Shown here: one piece after another, positions 1 to 14,600 of the stretch
Layout: every line of letters begins with the position of its first letter
Numbering within the stretch: position 1 is the stretch's first letter
NCBI GenBank assembly: GCA_964252035.1
Contig: CAXUOO010000047.1
Source of the DNA: Podarcis erhardii
Taxonomy: Eukaryota
Direction: 5' to 3' (one strand)
DNA: 61,419 nt
Position numbers and translations under genes: made by a program
Notes under the pieces: generated by a model
What the model was told of the DNA's origin: nothing
What the model saw: only the letters and a program-made list of their open reading frames with translations
Database searches by the model: none

Positions 1-811
1 TTTGTATAAACAGTTTATCTACGCATACATATATATATATATATGCAAACACTCTTTTGAGACCTTGTATTGTAGAGATATCTCATACAATAGAAATATA
101 GAGATGTGTCCTACACACATGAACAGATATATTTTCTATTTACAATTGTGAGATAGCTAATGACCAATGAATAGACATATATTTACACATATTTAGTTTA
201 CACATATGTAAATCTATAAATGGTAGAAATAGTATACAGTCAATTAGTACACATGTGTAATTATGCAGATCTCATACAGAAAGCCGTCACAACTACAGTC
301 CGTAGATAGACAGATAAATATTTGTAACATCTGTGTGCATGATAATTGTACACATATGAATACACCTTGATCTCACAATGAATGGATCCCAGCAACAACT
401 CCTTTATACATGTACTGCTCCATCACTAAACGTTGCATGCTATACTGCTGCATATATAACCACACAAAATACATTATACGTTTATACATATACGTAAGAT
501 ATATATATACATATATATATATATATAATGTAGGTTTATCAAGAAACGAAAGTTAACTGCGTGCAACTTTCTCAGGTCTGCAGCTGCAATCCAACCCTAG
601 AGAATTATGCATGTACAACGTCAGAGTCTATTTTTTTTATCACATGCATGGATACTGACATATCTGGGACTTTTAACAAATATATACATCTACATCTAAG
701 TGTAGGAAAAGAGGTAAAACACATCTACACTTATTCCACGAGTAAAATTGTTTTCACGGCGGAAACTAGTCCTGAATCAACTACAACCTCTATAGTAAAC
801 CCCAAGATATG

Positions 812-844
<33 letters not shown>

Positions 845-1001
845 GCTGACAACTTAAATACATCTGTTTTTTGGCAAAGCATATAACGTAATATGCCAAG
901 AACCGAAGGTATAGGTATACACAACATATATATGAAAACTAAACAGGAAGATCCTTCTTTTTCAATAAGAATCGCACTACAAATCAGGCAGGCATACCGC
1001 A

Positions 1002-1040
<39 letters not shown>

Positions 1041-1063
1041 TTTTATATATGAATTGGACGTAC

Positions 1064-3803
1064 TTGAAAGACGCTTTTGATCTCCAACTCGGTGAGATAG
1101 TAGTCGAGACTACCCACATAAATTCGACACATCTGCACAAAATTCAAGAGAAGCACATACATAATTTCATACAAACGTATACGTATGACTATATACATAG
1201 ATCTATCACGTTGTCTCCATCAACGTATTTTCAGCTATATTGGAATACATGGTGCATATATATATATATATTTATATCATGAAAACTTGCATTCGATTAA
1301 CAAGAAGTCACACAAAATATTTCGACTTTGCCCGTAGGCAAATTTGCTCAAACTGCAGAGATGTAACACCATCTCAATCTTTGCAATATATATATATGCA
1401 TACTATACATATATATATATATATATATGTAAAAGCTTATATATGTTCAAATACACTGATATATATATATATTCTGTATGTTGCAGCTGCTTTGTGTGAT
1501 GTTGTCTATCAACAGCAAACGGTGCAACTACGGCATGCAACCGTACGCAGGACTATATAATTAAACCTCTGTTAAAGTAAGAACTGTATATGTGAAACTC
1601 GCAGCCTCTAATGTTGCCTTTGACTTCGCTTGTACTTGATAAATGAATCATTGCGTCTTTCTTTCTACTGATACGCTACCTTTCCAGGGTGAAAAATTAG
1701 TGTGTTATTAGCAAACCTATGTGCAATACTCCCTAATCTACCTAAACCAATATACATATATATATATATTTATATGTATATTCAAATTTTAGCTGACTGT
1801 GCAGCGTTTACAGCTCACCATAGAAGTTGCAAAAAAGTAGTATGCCACTACGCGTCTGACGCATTTTTTCCAGTTTTTTTCTCTACATCTCAAGTCTTTC
1901 ATTGTATCAATGTGTGTGGAAGATATACATACAGAGAGACAGAAAAGCATCAAGTGAACATAGAAATCCATACACACACATATATATATATATACATGTG
2001 TTCTGTGTATAAAAACTGGGAATTCAAGAGCAGCTGCATAAAGCAGCTGCTTGTATTTCGAGGCATTTGTGAATACAAAATGACAAGTCAAAGATGCATG
2101 TGCAGTAGAGAAGAAGTACAAACAAACACCATTTGCTGACTACCGCGAGTTGTTTCATCACTGCCCTCTAAAAGTTGTCAATACAAAATAGAACGAGTAC
2201 ATTGAAGCAACACATGTGGCAACAACAAAATCAGAAGCGAAAGAAGGGGTCTTACAGCCTACTATACGAAGGACTTGAAAACGTGTCAAACAAATGTATT
2301 AGAACATCCGCTTGTGAGTGCAAAACGGCTTGCAGCTGACAGTGACGCAGACTCTGAAGCTTCTGAAAGAATGTATCTAAGTGATGAAAACTGCCTTTAA
2401 AAAATCCTTTCTTTCCATGAAAGATTGTATACAACTTACCATATTACGCTGGTTCTGCATCAAAGCACTATTCTGCAAAGCCGCAAGACTACTACTTGCT
2501 CCTAGGCCCAGCAGTTGACTTGCAGCTGCACCTGGCTGAACCTGTACAACGAAGAGGAAACGAAGATTTCATGCAAAAAGTTATATACACATATATATAT
2601 ACACATATAAATTTATTCATATATATATATGTGTGTACAAAACGTCTACTTCCTGTAGATATGTAAAGACATCCCTTTACACGAGCGGTTGACTTTGGTT
2701 GGAGGCTTCGTGTGACACATTAGTAGATTGAAAATGAAGATTTATACTGATATAAAGAGCCGACAGTTTTGCATGTACAGCAACGGCTTTCAATACATGA
2801 GTTCGAGTAGAAACTCTTGTCGTCATAAGAAGAAGAACTCATTCACTCTCTCACTGCATGTTTGTCTTCTGCTACTTACATATGCATGATGCACATACAA
2901 ACAAATGAATTTATAATGCCAACTATATACGTATGTATTTACCTAGGTTGCAGATGCACATATGTATTCGCAGTTGAGAAAGGAAGAGGAAAAAACCCAA
3001 ACATACACGGGAAGAGGCAGCAAAGAAAGTCTGTCGAGGTTTCTTCTCGTGCTATGCATATATTCTACGTGTGTGCATACATACATATATACATTATATA
3101 TATATCTGTATTCAACTGCAGCAGCTGATATATGTATGTATATAAGCATGTAATACATATTTTCTGATTTCATATTTCTATAAGACATGCAAATACATAT
3201 GTAAAAGCACCAGCAACGATATACAGAACAGAACGATAGAAGCACCGTTTGGGTAAACCTATATACGCATCCTAGCAAATGTTTAAACATTATATATGAT
3301 ATATATATATATATAGTTGCAGCAGCAACTGTACCACACGAACAATACTAAAAACTTCAATGCAAACAACCAAAGCAACAGCAACTCCAATACATTAAGC
3401 AAGAGCACAGTAAGAGCAAAAGAAATGATGATAATTCTGTTAACAACTGTCCAAAATGCAGCACTTACGCCCTTATTGAGCCCTTGCATCAACAAACTGC
3501 TTTGCTGCTGCACTAAAGCCTGCGACAGTCCAAAATTGGCAATGCCTGAAATAAACAGCAACAATAGCACTCCGTTTGCTTTTCTAAACATATCTACGTA
3601 CTAAGCATCCTAATGCATATATATATATATATACACTACACATATGAATACATAGATATGCAGTATCAGCAACAGAATCAGCACTCATAGCAGCAGCATA
3701 GATACATGTGTAGATGCAATTGAGTACATATGCGAGCATTACATACGTAAACATACATCAGCCACAGCGATTAAAACCAAAAAGAACCAGCGCACATAGC
3801 GGC

Positions 3804-3837
<34 letters not shown>

Positions 3838-6253
3838 TCTGACATGTATTTCATATGTATTGATATAGAAGTAGTAACAACGGCAACGACTACCAAACAA
3901 AATTGGCGTTCAGATTAGAAATATATACATCTGTGAATATGCACTCTAGTAGATATCTTTGCGATTTCTATGTGAATGTATGCAATAAGAGCAGCAACGA
4001 ACACAGAAGCAGCAAGATATAAATAACGCTCAAAGGAGCAGCATCACATCCCCTCAAGCCATAATCGAAATTCTGTCTCAATATAAAGGGTTAGAGTAGT
4101 TGCACCAATACATTGAGTATGAGCAGCAGTGACAGCAATAAGACGCAGTAGTAGACAAATATCAACTCATAACACAACGGGAAATGCGGACTGTTGCCAT
4201 AAACACAAAAACTCCGCCTCTACTCGAGTACTGCACTCTTATATAGAATTAAGAGTATATGCATCGAGAATGCGAGAATATGCTATTTTCTTGTTTCAGC
4301 AACACCAGATTTACAGACCAAATAAGCTTGCAGCAGAGAAGGAATTCGACTGACTTGGCGATGTCCTCGCAGCAGCAACAACAGTCTTACGTGAAGCAGA
4401 AACAGCACATATATATATATACATATATATATATGAGTTACTGCATCATCCATCACACAAGGATACAATATTGAACCCGAAGACAAGTGCAAGAGCTGAG
4501 ACAAACAGACAGCAGTTACTGCATCGATCGACAAGCAGCATCAGTAAAAGCAAGAGAAAACTCGCATGTGGATATGGCACCTTTGATCATATGCGTCAAT
4601 GAGTAGTAGAAAACAACACAAGCAGCAAAACACCCACAAACAGCAGACATGTCAGACGCTAAAAACTTAATTCGAAGCCATAGCACCATGTTGTAAACAA
4701 GCAGCAGCAACTACAACTCCTGCTTTGCCCAAAAAAGGAAACGAGCACGAACAGTTTTTTTAACAGGCAGAATATCCAAAGAAAGGTGACCAGCAGCGCA
4801 CCAGCCGCATGCAAAAGCGGCAAGAGAATGAATATACCAGCAGCAAATTCAAAGCAATGCCAGCCACACAAAAACCGAAACCCACAAGAAACTGTAGCAG
4901 CAGTAGTAGATAAGCAGCAGCAGCCACATATCGAGATATCAGCATTAAATCGCAGCACACCTGCAGCGCCTTCTTCTGCGCCCACATCCCAACCAGTCCG
5001 CTTCTTTTTCTCTCGCTTCCGCTGCGGCACAGTGAAGAAAACGAGCAGAAGCAAAAAATGCTTATAAAAGAGACCAAAAGCAGCATGCTACTAGAGAAGT
5101 ACTACCACTGACAAAACAAATTTTTATCCATCGCAAGCAGGTTTTAGATATAACAATATGCCTATCCAGTAGCAGCACGACCTGATGAGATCTACAGTAA
5201 AACAACAGACAAAAGAAACGAAAAGGACCATTTAAACAGTCCAGAAGCTCGAGTCCAGGTATAAGCTGCCACATTGTGTTCTTGAATAAAAAGCTCCGCC
5301 AAACACTCGTCTACCACACGAATTACCCTATACAAAAGCTTGTGTATGAAGTGAAATAGAAACAGCTCGATAGGGCTAAAACGCGGTGGAAACACGGACA
5401 TAATGCCGTCGGATCATCAGCAACAATCCAAGGATCACATGCATCATCCGCACAGCAGAAACAGAGCAGCACCACGTAAATCAATGAAAAGAGGCATCAG
5501 ATACAGACATGACTAGTATTAAAGGAGGGAACTGCTATATAGAAGTCACGAAACACAGCTTCAGTAACCAAAAGGCAACCATGTGAAAATCGAATGACTG
5601 AACATTACGTTGCAATATACATAACATTTTGAGTATTGATATGGTTTGACGTACACGCCGCATAAAACCGCAAAAACAGAACGTATAGATCCAAGTGCTA
5701 TCCTGTAAACGTGTAGGATATATGAGTGCAACTAGATGAGTTGTGTGAATATCGAAATACGCGATGCAAAATTGATGTACGCTCCTGTCTACATGTCCAC
5801 ATACGTGCACGTATACATTCTGATATTCAATCACTGGGAAACAGCTACAGTTGGAAAAGTAGTTCTACTCATACAAAATCGATGTATACTCTTTCAGTAA
5901 GGAAGTTCATTGTAAATGCCAGCCGTAATAAAACACATCTGCACATATTTAGGGAATCTCAACTAGACTCATACAACCAACTCTTCTCATTTAAATTATC
6001 CGTCATTATCAAAATACTGCTAACAGATAAAAACAAACACAATACACACACTCGAAGGTTTACGAAATGCACATAAACAAACAGATATAAGTAAATAATA
6101 TAATACTGGATATCTAGAAGACGTAAACACATCATGTTCCAAATGGAAAATCCAAATCCAGCACATAAACTGATATCGTACCTCTTCACGGGCGGTGGAG
6201 CTCTCGCCCTTGCGAGGGCTTCTGCTGCGACTGCGCGACTTGCGATCCTGCAT
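1064..6253 (-). CDS. PUF60: PUF60-like RRM splicing factor, 5' part only (the gene continues past the left edge); coding exons 6182-6253, 4961-5021, 3469-3545, 2440-2541, 1064-1132
   Basis: All introns are GT-AG and the exon phases join (0,1,0,0,0). The spliced product is MQDRKSRSRSRSPRKGESSTAREERKREKKKRTGWDVGAEEGAAGIANFGLSQALVQQQ...LMQNQRNMMCRIYVGSLDYYLTELEIKSVFQ. The MCRIYVGSL RNP2 strand matches RRM1 of the PUF60 family (human MCRVYVGSI). I found no further RRM exon in 1-1063. Confidence 0.78.
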
Positions 6254-7604
6254 CTTCTTGTACTACAACATATAGTTTTTACCAGAAACTCTTTTCAATC
6301 CAAAAACAATTTCAACAGAAGTATATCAACGCACTTCCCGAAAAAAGACCGATGCATAAGCATACCCTAAACAAGGAATTTCCTGTAAAGACTCTATGGA
6401 CCACAGCGCTAAAACTCCTACGCAGCAATATATTTGGTCTCCCACTATAGAATACCAGAAAAAGCAGATAATAGTTTAAAAAAATACCGTAAGGTACACG
6501 ATCTTAGATTATAAAAAAATTTATACGCGAAAACCAAGACAGGAAGAATAGGTGAGGTGTTGCGGTTCGAGAAACACCTACTTCATCCCTAAAAAACTCC
6601 TAGTAGGAGTTTCTTTAATAGTATTCTCAGACAAATATGTACTCTGCTAGTTTACAGGTGGAGAACGCGTAGATGTAATTGTACGGATCTAAAATTTGTA
6701 AGCACACCCGAAAACAGCGGAAGACGGAGGAGGCAGATGAGAAGTGTGCAGTCAGCATATCAGCATGAGTCGGACCTAGCTTTATACGTACATACATAGA
6801 TGTACAAAATCAAAATAGTTCCTCTTCGTACGCACGCAACCGTCAAAAACCGTGTCTTCCCAGATGTATACACGTATGAAGTTATATACATACATATACC
6901 GGCTACGTTCTTATCTTCCTTTAAAAAAACAGAAAGGTGCAAAACAAACATAAAAGAAAGAACAACTCCAGCACGCAGTGATAAAAGAGTTTTTCTTTCA
7001 ACAAAGGTGTAGAATCGTCCACAGAACCGCCGCAAACAATTGTTCGTGTTCCGTCGAGAGATCTGCAGCAAAGGTGTGGTGGGGGAGCAGCGCCGAGAGC
7101 TGATGAAAGATCGAGCCAGCTTAAACAAAGAAATGCAGAAGACAAAATCGAGGCAAAAAAACAATCGTCAATTTCTGCACAAAACTATAATACCAAATTT
7201 ATGAAGCAGAGACGGTTTGCCACAAGGCATCTAACGTTTCAAGCAATGAAGTGCTATGTCCCGCATGATCAGATGAAGCTGAATGATAAGAAGGGCGAAA
7301 ATGAGAATTGGAATTTGAAAAATCAAACGCACGGTATATACACCAAAACACTATAATATTTGCTCAGGCGTACATTCATCTAAAGTACGGGTTAGGTTAT
7401 GACACGAAACTTAAGATGTTCTATAATTCTTCGGTCATTCTTATTGGTTTTGCTGGTGCTTCATATCATCTGAGCCAGGGCTGTTGTATACGCATCATCC
7501 ACCTTCAGCACTACCGCTGCCGCTGCTGGCGCGGTTGCTCCAGCAGCACCACTGTCGTCACCATGGGAAAAGAACAAAACAAGGGGGGGGGGTTGCATGT
7601 TTCC

Positions 7605-7701
7605 ATGACTGATGACGATGACTGCTGCTGTGGGTGTTTAGTGACGGGAATATGGCCAACGACGATGTCTGCTGCTGTGAGTGCTTTATGCCGAGAGTAT
7701 G
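7605..7701 (+). repeat. Diverged 47-bp tandem duplication with three ATGs in 47-bp register
   Basis: Unit 1 (7605-7651) is atgactgatgacgatgactgctgctgtgggtgtttagtgacgggaat. Unit 2 (7652-7698) is atggccaacgacgatgtctgctgctgtgagtgctttatgccgagagt. A third atggcca starts at 7699. Confidence 0.75.
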
Positions 7702-9143
7702 GCCACCGGCTGAACTGGCCGCTGCTACGGAAACGCTCTGCTGCTTATGCTGACAACAAGGGTAATTCCTCAGTATGCCTAGTTTTACGCAGACAATTTT
7801 GAAGAAAAATTTCAATACTGCTGCACAGTAGTTTCGGATTCTATAGCGTTGATGACTGGTGGTGATATGACATTGTAGAAAAATTTATTTTTTGCGCAGT
7901 AGCGGAAGTTGCGATGGGAAATGTTGCACATGCGTGAGCCACTTGACTGTGACCTGCTACCAGCACATCTTTCTTCTCAGGGACACTGGAAGATTTTTGC
8001 GGTTTTACGCTCTTTTTGTAGCATATGTCTCTACTATTGTCATGCGAGGTAGCACACCCAGATATTATGTTTTGAGCATGGTGTGGTGTTATATAACATC
8101 CTACTGCTCTGTTTGAATGCTGGGTGAGGCTACGCTCTACACGCTTGTCACTTGTGAGAGATTCTAGCTGTCTTATTGATGGCTTGCAACGGCAGACGTA
8201 AGGTTCGAAACAAGGCTGCTGCTGTTTTTCGCTGCGATGGTCCTGCTAATGCTGGAGAGAAATGTATGTCTCAAAAACTCAATGGCGCTTTCCAATTCGA
8301 CATCGGCGCTTATTTTCTTGAAAGAAAATATACAACAAACTGTGAGGAAAATCAACGTTCTTCAAGTACCTGCGTATCATGTTTAGAGATACACATGTAT
8401 ATATAGAGAGAGAATAGATCAACACCGTATATTTTTTAGTAAATATGTTGTGAGCGTTGCAAGTCAACACGGCTACCTCGTGTTTCCATAAATATATGTG
8501 TACTGCCAAAAAGTAACGTAGTTAGGGATATTGTTTCTGTCAGGTGCGTTCAGCCATGTTTTTGGGATACCAGTTCGCTTTATCTCATATATCACTTTCT
8601 TCCACATTATATATATATAATGTACATCTTTCCGTGTAAAAACCATACAAACGCATAAATACATTATACGGACATTTGTCACATCAGCGTAAGCACAGCC
8701 GCCATTTGCATGCTCAAGTTGCAGCCTGAGTCACATTTTGAACACCTACGTATATATACATACTTTGGTAACCATATACGTCACGCGGACGAAGTATAAC
8801 ACACGTTTGAGTGTATATATATATTCATATGCACGGAGAATCTTCAGATAATCGATACATCAGATGATAAACCCGTGATAGGATAGGCTTGCTATCGAGC
8901 AGATGAGCGTGTAAAAAGTATGTGCTCTACAGAACGTACATATTTTCATATATCTGAAGGAATTTTCAAAGAAGAATTTGATTTTCCGCAAGTAGATTAC
9001 TTGTATAAAATGAGGCTCATGCTCATGACTGGGTACCTCGAGATACCAGATTTTCTAGTAAAGATGCATTATTTCAATGCGACTTTTACACTTTGACTTT
9101 TCACGCAGTGAAGACTACACCATTTCAAATATGATAGTATGAG

Positions 9144-9189
<46 letters not shown>

Positions 9190-10790
9190 GTATATAGAGA
9201 GAGATCGAGACAAGATTTTAAGAAAAGATGCAATAGTTCTCTTCTGTAAAAGAACGTTAAGCAACCACTGTTATACTACGCATGACATCACGTATGCTCG
9301 AGATTACATATATATTTACGCATCTGCGTAGGTATATAGCAGTCTAATTTTCGCTTAGGAGAACTATGCTGGGACGAGGAAACCGTACATAAAATTCAAC
9401 GGCCGCGGCCCGAGAAATAACTGATGACTGCTGGATATACGTTAGGAAATATGTATAAAGAGGAAGAACAGACCATCATCATCTATACGAGGAGAAGAGC
9501 AGATATTGCATCGAAAGTAGATCTGGAAAAGAAACGTTTGAATTCATCAAATGTAGTAGTCGTTTTGATCCAAGATCCAGTTCATATTGAAAGCCCCGGT
9601 CAGTTGAAGAGTGTATGTAGTTATATGCAATCTTGAGTCTGCGTAAAACTATGAGTATACATATATATGTATAAATATGTATGCGCATGCTGTATACATA
9701 TATGTACCACATGTTTATTCATTAATACGACCTCAACCGGCACATCTGGCTCAAGTTGAGCTCATACTGCTCCACTTTTCCACTCGTTACCGGTGATTGA
9801 GGATCTTAAGCAGGACGAAGTATTGAGCATTTAAAAATTATTACCTACGTATATGTATGTAATCTCATATATATGCTTAATTACGTGCAGAATCACCGAA
9901 GATCGTAACATTCAAAGACAGTCCTAAGTCATTGGCAAATAGATCTATATACGGATACTTCGATGCATCTATATGAAATGTCCCTGCCCTTGCATTCTCT
10001 CCTGTCTATCTCTATGATACATATATGTATATGATGATACTTTCAGCTACCATAGTATTACAAAAATTTTTTAAAGCACTTGCCTTTTCGCATACTGTCG
10101 GAGAATAACAAAGACGTGATTTTTCGATAGAACCGCTATATATATTCGTCCTTCCGGCTCATTTTTGTTTTTTCAATATGCCGAGATTGCTTCTGCCTAT
10201 TCTATAAGAATTTTTGGCTAGCTTTCTTTCCCGGCTCGAGGGTACGCAACTTCGGTTAGACAAATCACCTGCTCTGCAGAGAACTTTAGCTTTCAGCCTC
10301 CAAAAACCTTCGATCCACTTCATGCATATGTTTTTCCAGATATAACTTAAAAACCGTATGTGAGTGTATATATGTATATATATATATATATACGAAAGAG
10401 AAATTTCTGAAAAAACTTTTTTCCACAAGTAAACACAAAGCCCATCAACGGTGCATTATATTTATTGTGAGATCAACAAAAGTGATGATGAATTGTGGTA
10501 AATTTTCCTGATCAGGAAAGGCTTAGCATTGGATTATTTATGTGTCTCCCCCGATCGAGTATCTCAATTCAGTGGGAAAAACAGATAGAATCACTGTCTT
10601 CACGAACTTGTTGACGTCCTAAAATATCTTCTGATACATCAATAAGGACGAATACGTATAATTGATACTTGATGAAACCCCCTCCTTTCCCAATCTATAA
10701 GCAGCGATAAGTGCTACTACTCTAGTAAAAAGATAGACTATCAAATCATTGCTGACAGAATTCGCCGCGGTGTGTTTATGATGTCACGTC

Positions 10791-10792
<2 letters not shown>

Positions 10793-10843
<51 letters not shown>
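10793..10843. repeat. (AT)n microsatellite, about 25 units; one of the longest of dozens of (AT)n tracts in the window
   Basis: Direct reading of the sequence. Confidence 0.97.
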
Positions 10844-10846
<3 letters not shown>

Positions 10847-11681
10847 TAGTACTCATCAACGCGCAAAGCATAAAATGCTATTTCGCTCTCTGGAAGTTAT
10901 GTACGTGAGCAGTCGTCGATTGACTATGGTAAAGCACCAGACTTTTGTTGTGCAAATCATTTTTATAAGAGGAGAAAGTATCTTCGAGAGCGTACGCCAC
11001 AAGTTGCTTCAGTCTTAATCTTATCAGATAGCTGTGGAACGCTATTCTCCTTCAGGTTGAATAGTGGCTGACTCCACAAGTAAAGCTTAAGATAACAGAG
11101 AATTGCGATTTTTCTTTAGATCAAGCAGTTCTATATCTACAACGCTGCTGGATTTTCAGCGAAGCAGTCGCCCTGAGTGATATGCGCTGGAGAATGAACA
11201 GTAATTTCGCTAAGGAAAAAAAAAATTTTAGCATATTCTTTACTGGGTAAAAAAGATTAACAAACATAACGGGTATATCACCTGTACCTACGGTATTTAG
11301 CGGCGTGATAGTGCACCTATAAATGTATTAAGTATAGCTGATGGGAGCGGCAGGAGTTGGAAAAATATGCCGAGGCAACGTAAACAACTTAGAGTAGTGA
11401 CTTCATTTTCGACAAAAGATTACCTCCAATGTTAAAAGCAAAGTGGCATTGTCTTTAAAAAAATACAATTGACTACACATGCCGCACTTGGAGCTCCTAT
11501 TGCATTGTTGAAGCTCAACATGGACCGAGTGTCTCCACATTTATGAAGTAGAGGTACTACATTTTTTCTTGCGTATGTGAAACAGAGCACCGTGCAGTAA
11601 TCATATGCCGTTGACCCGTGTACAAAACTACACATTCCTTCTCAACTGCCTACTCTTTCCCGTAACAAGGGAAAGCAGACC

Positions 11682-14600
11682 TTATTGTGCAAATAAAAGC
11701 GGCAACAGTGGCTCTGTTGTCTCTCTGACTTCGTCAAACTCGTCTTCACGAAGGTAAACTTCGTCAAGACAATCCTTGAATTTCTCTTTCTTCGCATGAT
11801 TGGAGCCGCTGCTGCGATATCGACGATACCATGTACGCACAGACTGCGGCCAAGTAGAAGCATGCTCACTAGCTGATACATTAGTAGCCTCATTGACTGA
11901 TGTTTGCTTACGATACTGTTGCCGCAGGATACGGGAAGAAGTGCTGCCCTCTCCAGACATTATATTTGATACACCAGCTGAGTGCTCCCCCTGCAGCAGC
12001 ACAGTGCTTGAACTGTTCTTATCTGTAATCGTATCGCTTGCAATCTGCGCAGACAAACAATCTAAATTATCAGCAACAGTAGTTCTGTCCCTTTCGCTGT
12101 CTACGTCTTGCTGTTGCTGCGAATCGAGCAGTGTGGCGAGTGATAGCCTGTTGTTACATTCATGCACGATACCGTTTGTTTCACGTTCATATGAGGAGTT
12201 TTCAAAATCAGCACCAGCATTGCTTTTCTCACTTAATGCTTCCTGCTGCTCAGACTCTATTACTAGTTTTGTAGTGTTATTGCCACTGCTGTACCTCCTG
12301 TTGCTGATTTGTGTGTGTGCAGCTACAGTGCACGGGAAAAACCCTCTGCCAAAGAAGGACATATCATCATTAAAATGCAAATTGTTTCCAGTTTCATCAG
12401 ACGTTTCCGTCATGAGCTCAGCATTGCTCTCTCTTTTACACGAGGAAGTATCCTCTTTGTGCAAACGCAAAAATTGTGCCTGCTGCTGAGGCGCTGCTAT
12501 CAAGTGATCGGCACCTCCAGCTGCACGCACTGCTGCCTGCTCAACCACTTTTTCGAAATCTTCTATTGTTGAGGCCTGCAAGCAAGGCAGACAGTAGAAT
12601 GCCACATTCCAAATATATTATGTACACGAATTAGGCATCCATATGCTATAGATGGATGTGAGAGTATGCACGTATACAGATATATCCACAGTGGTACAGA
12701 AAAGAAGAGGCAATTGAACGATGATTTCTAAACGTAGTAGTATCCACAAATTGACGTTATTTTTCTCTATACCTTTCAAAGATATGTGTACGAGCAGACG
12801 TGACGCCCTGACGCCCGAGGCAAAGCATTCATATTGACAACACCATATATATATATATATGTAATATTTCTATGTATATACGATATAGTCATTTACTTAT
12901 ATACATATATATATATATATGTAATATTTCTATTACGATATAACAATTTACTTACATACATATATGTATACGTATATATATATATGTATATATTTTATGA
13001 GTACGAAAGATTACGATAGGAGTAAATGCATGCATAAACACAAAAAAAAGGTTGAGTTTGACGATTCAGTCAGTTCTATACTTGTTTACACAAGACTCTA
13101 TACATACATATATACATATATATATAAATAATATTTGTATGTGTACACAAGCATGTGCATGGGTATGCACCATATAGGTCTGTAGAAAAAGACCACATAT
13201 AGAAAGGAGCAAATTCAGTGGATTAGAGCGCGTGGATTTGATCAGAAGCAGGAAGTGACTTGCACACCTTTCCAAGAGTCTCTCGCAACGTTTCGTCCTC
13301 AGCTAATGTGGAGAAGAGACAGCGAAAAATATGTGACTTCATAATGCTGGGATGAGGGGGTGGATGTTGCGCACAGATGTTTAAATATTCTGCCATCAAT
13401 AGACATCGCGTATACTCATGGGGAACAGCGTATTGCGAGATAAAATTAGCATCAGACGCAGCAATATCTCGTAAAACGCAGCCGTTGCTGTTGTTTTTGG
13501 AGGCGCTGCTACAGCTTGGCTTCCGAAAAAAGGCCTTGCTGTTGCTATCTGGAGAAACACAAAGCGTAGATCTGTTGTTTAAGCTGCTAGTGAGAGTTGC
13601 GCTGCCGCTACCGTTGGAATTATCGCCGCGGATATTGAAGGGCAGGGCCCTGTGACTGCTGCGAAAAAACCTGCTGTTGCTCCGGCTATTGGTAAGAGAT
13701 CTGAATACGCTTCTTAAGCCGTAAGGCTTAATTGAAGAACATGCGGCATTTGAAGATACCACAGAAGCGGGAAAAAAGAGAAGCGGATTGTCCAAAATGC
13801 CTTCTGCTGACATCACTGCATCTGCACTGCACACAAAAACACAGGCAAGAGAAGCTGCAGCAGCGAGACTTGTATAAAATCACCGTGGTTGCTACATCGA
13901 AATATACGTACAGACTCACTAGACGTGAAGGCATGCGGTCAACACAACGAAAAAAGACAGGCTTCTTCGTATATATGCAAATCTTCAATGACACCCGCAA
14001 ACGACAAAGATGAGATACGGACAAGTCGAGTGTCCGATATTGTTGAATGGATGCACAGTGAGAAAGAATGCAGTCGAAATGATGGGGCTGAGATGACTAC
14101 CTCAAACGTAGTTAAAAGCTCAGATGCACTTGTGCAGACATGTGACTCATGTTTACACACAGATCACATATATACAGACACACGTAAAAACAATCATAAA
14201 CTGTACGAAATGCCACAAAGTATATTCCCATATATATATGTATGGATGTCGTTACAGACATTACCTCAAAAAATGCATTACAAGGTACGCTTACCCTGTA
14301 TATTTCAAGCAGTCGAGCGCGTCCTGAAACGTTTCTATGCCGCCATTCGCAATGACTGCAACAGCACCACGTATATACACAACAGTTTTTCATCCTACTC
14401 ATTTCCACAAACACATACAGTATGCATATATAAATGATTGAGCACCCGACGAACTTGCTTTTGAATCCCCACTTTACTCGCATGCCGCAATCTAACCGCT
14501 GCTGCCTTCCGTAAGCCTTTGGAAAAATTCCGTCACTCTAGACAGGCCACTGAATCGTAAATTTCAATTTCCATATGCCCCTAACTCAAATCTGTACCAT

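Noticed and set aside
2252-2434. Possible extra PUF60-like exon (FHHLDTFFQKLQSLRH...)
   Set aside because: Its open frame is incompatible with the phase-0 junctions, and 2440 joins 1132 cleanly to give QNQRNMMCRIYV.
5192-5401. Protein-like segment VIRVVDECLAELFIQEHNVAAYTW in the first PUF60-like intron
   Set aside because: It has the wrong phase and a weak donor; exons 6182 and 5021 join directly.
7981-9420. Chain of possible small + strand exons (7981-8048, 8168-8196, 9359-9420)
   Set aside because: I tried several phase combinations; none gave a convincing or recognisable protein.
11800-12489. 229-aa + strand ORF
   Set aside because: It is the antisense shadow of the last DUS1 exon, Ser/Leu/Cys-rich as expected from the reverse complement of CAG-rich coding DNA.
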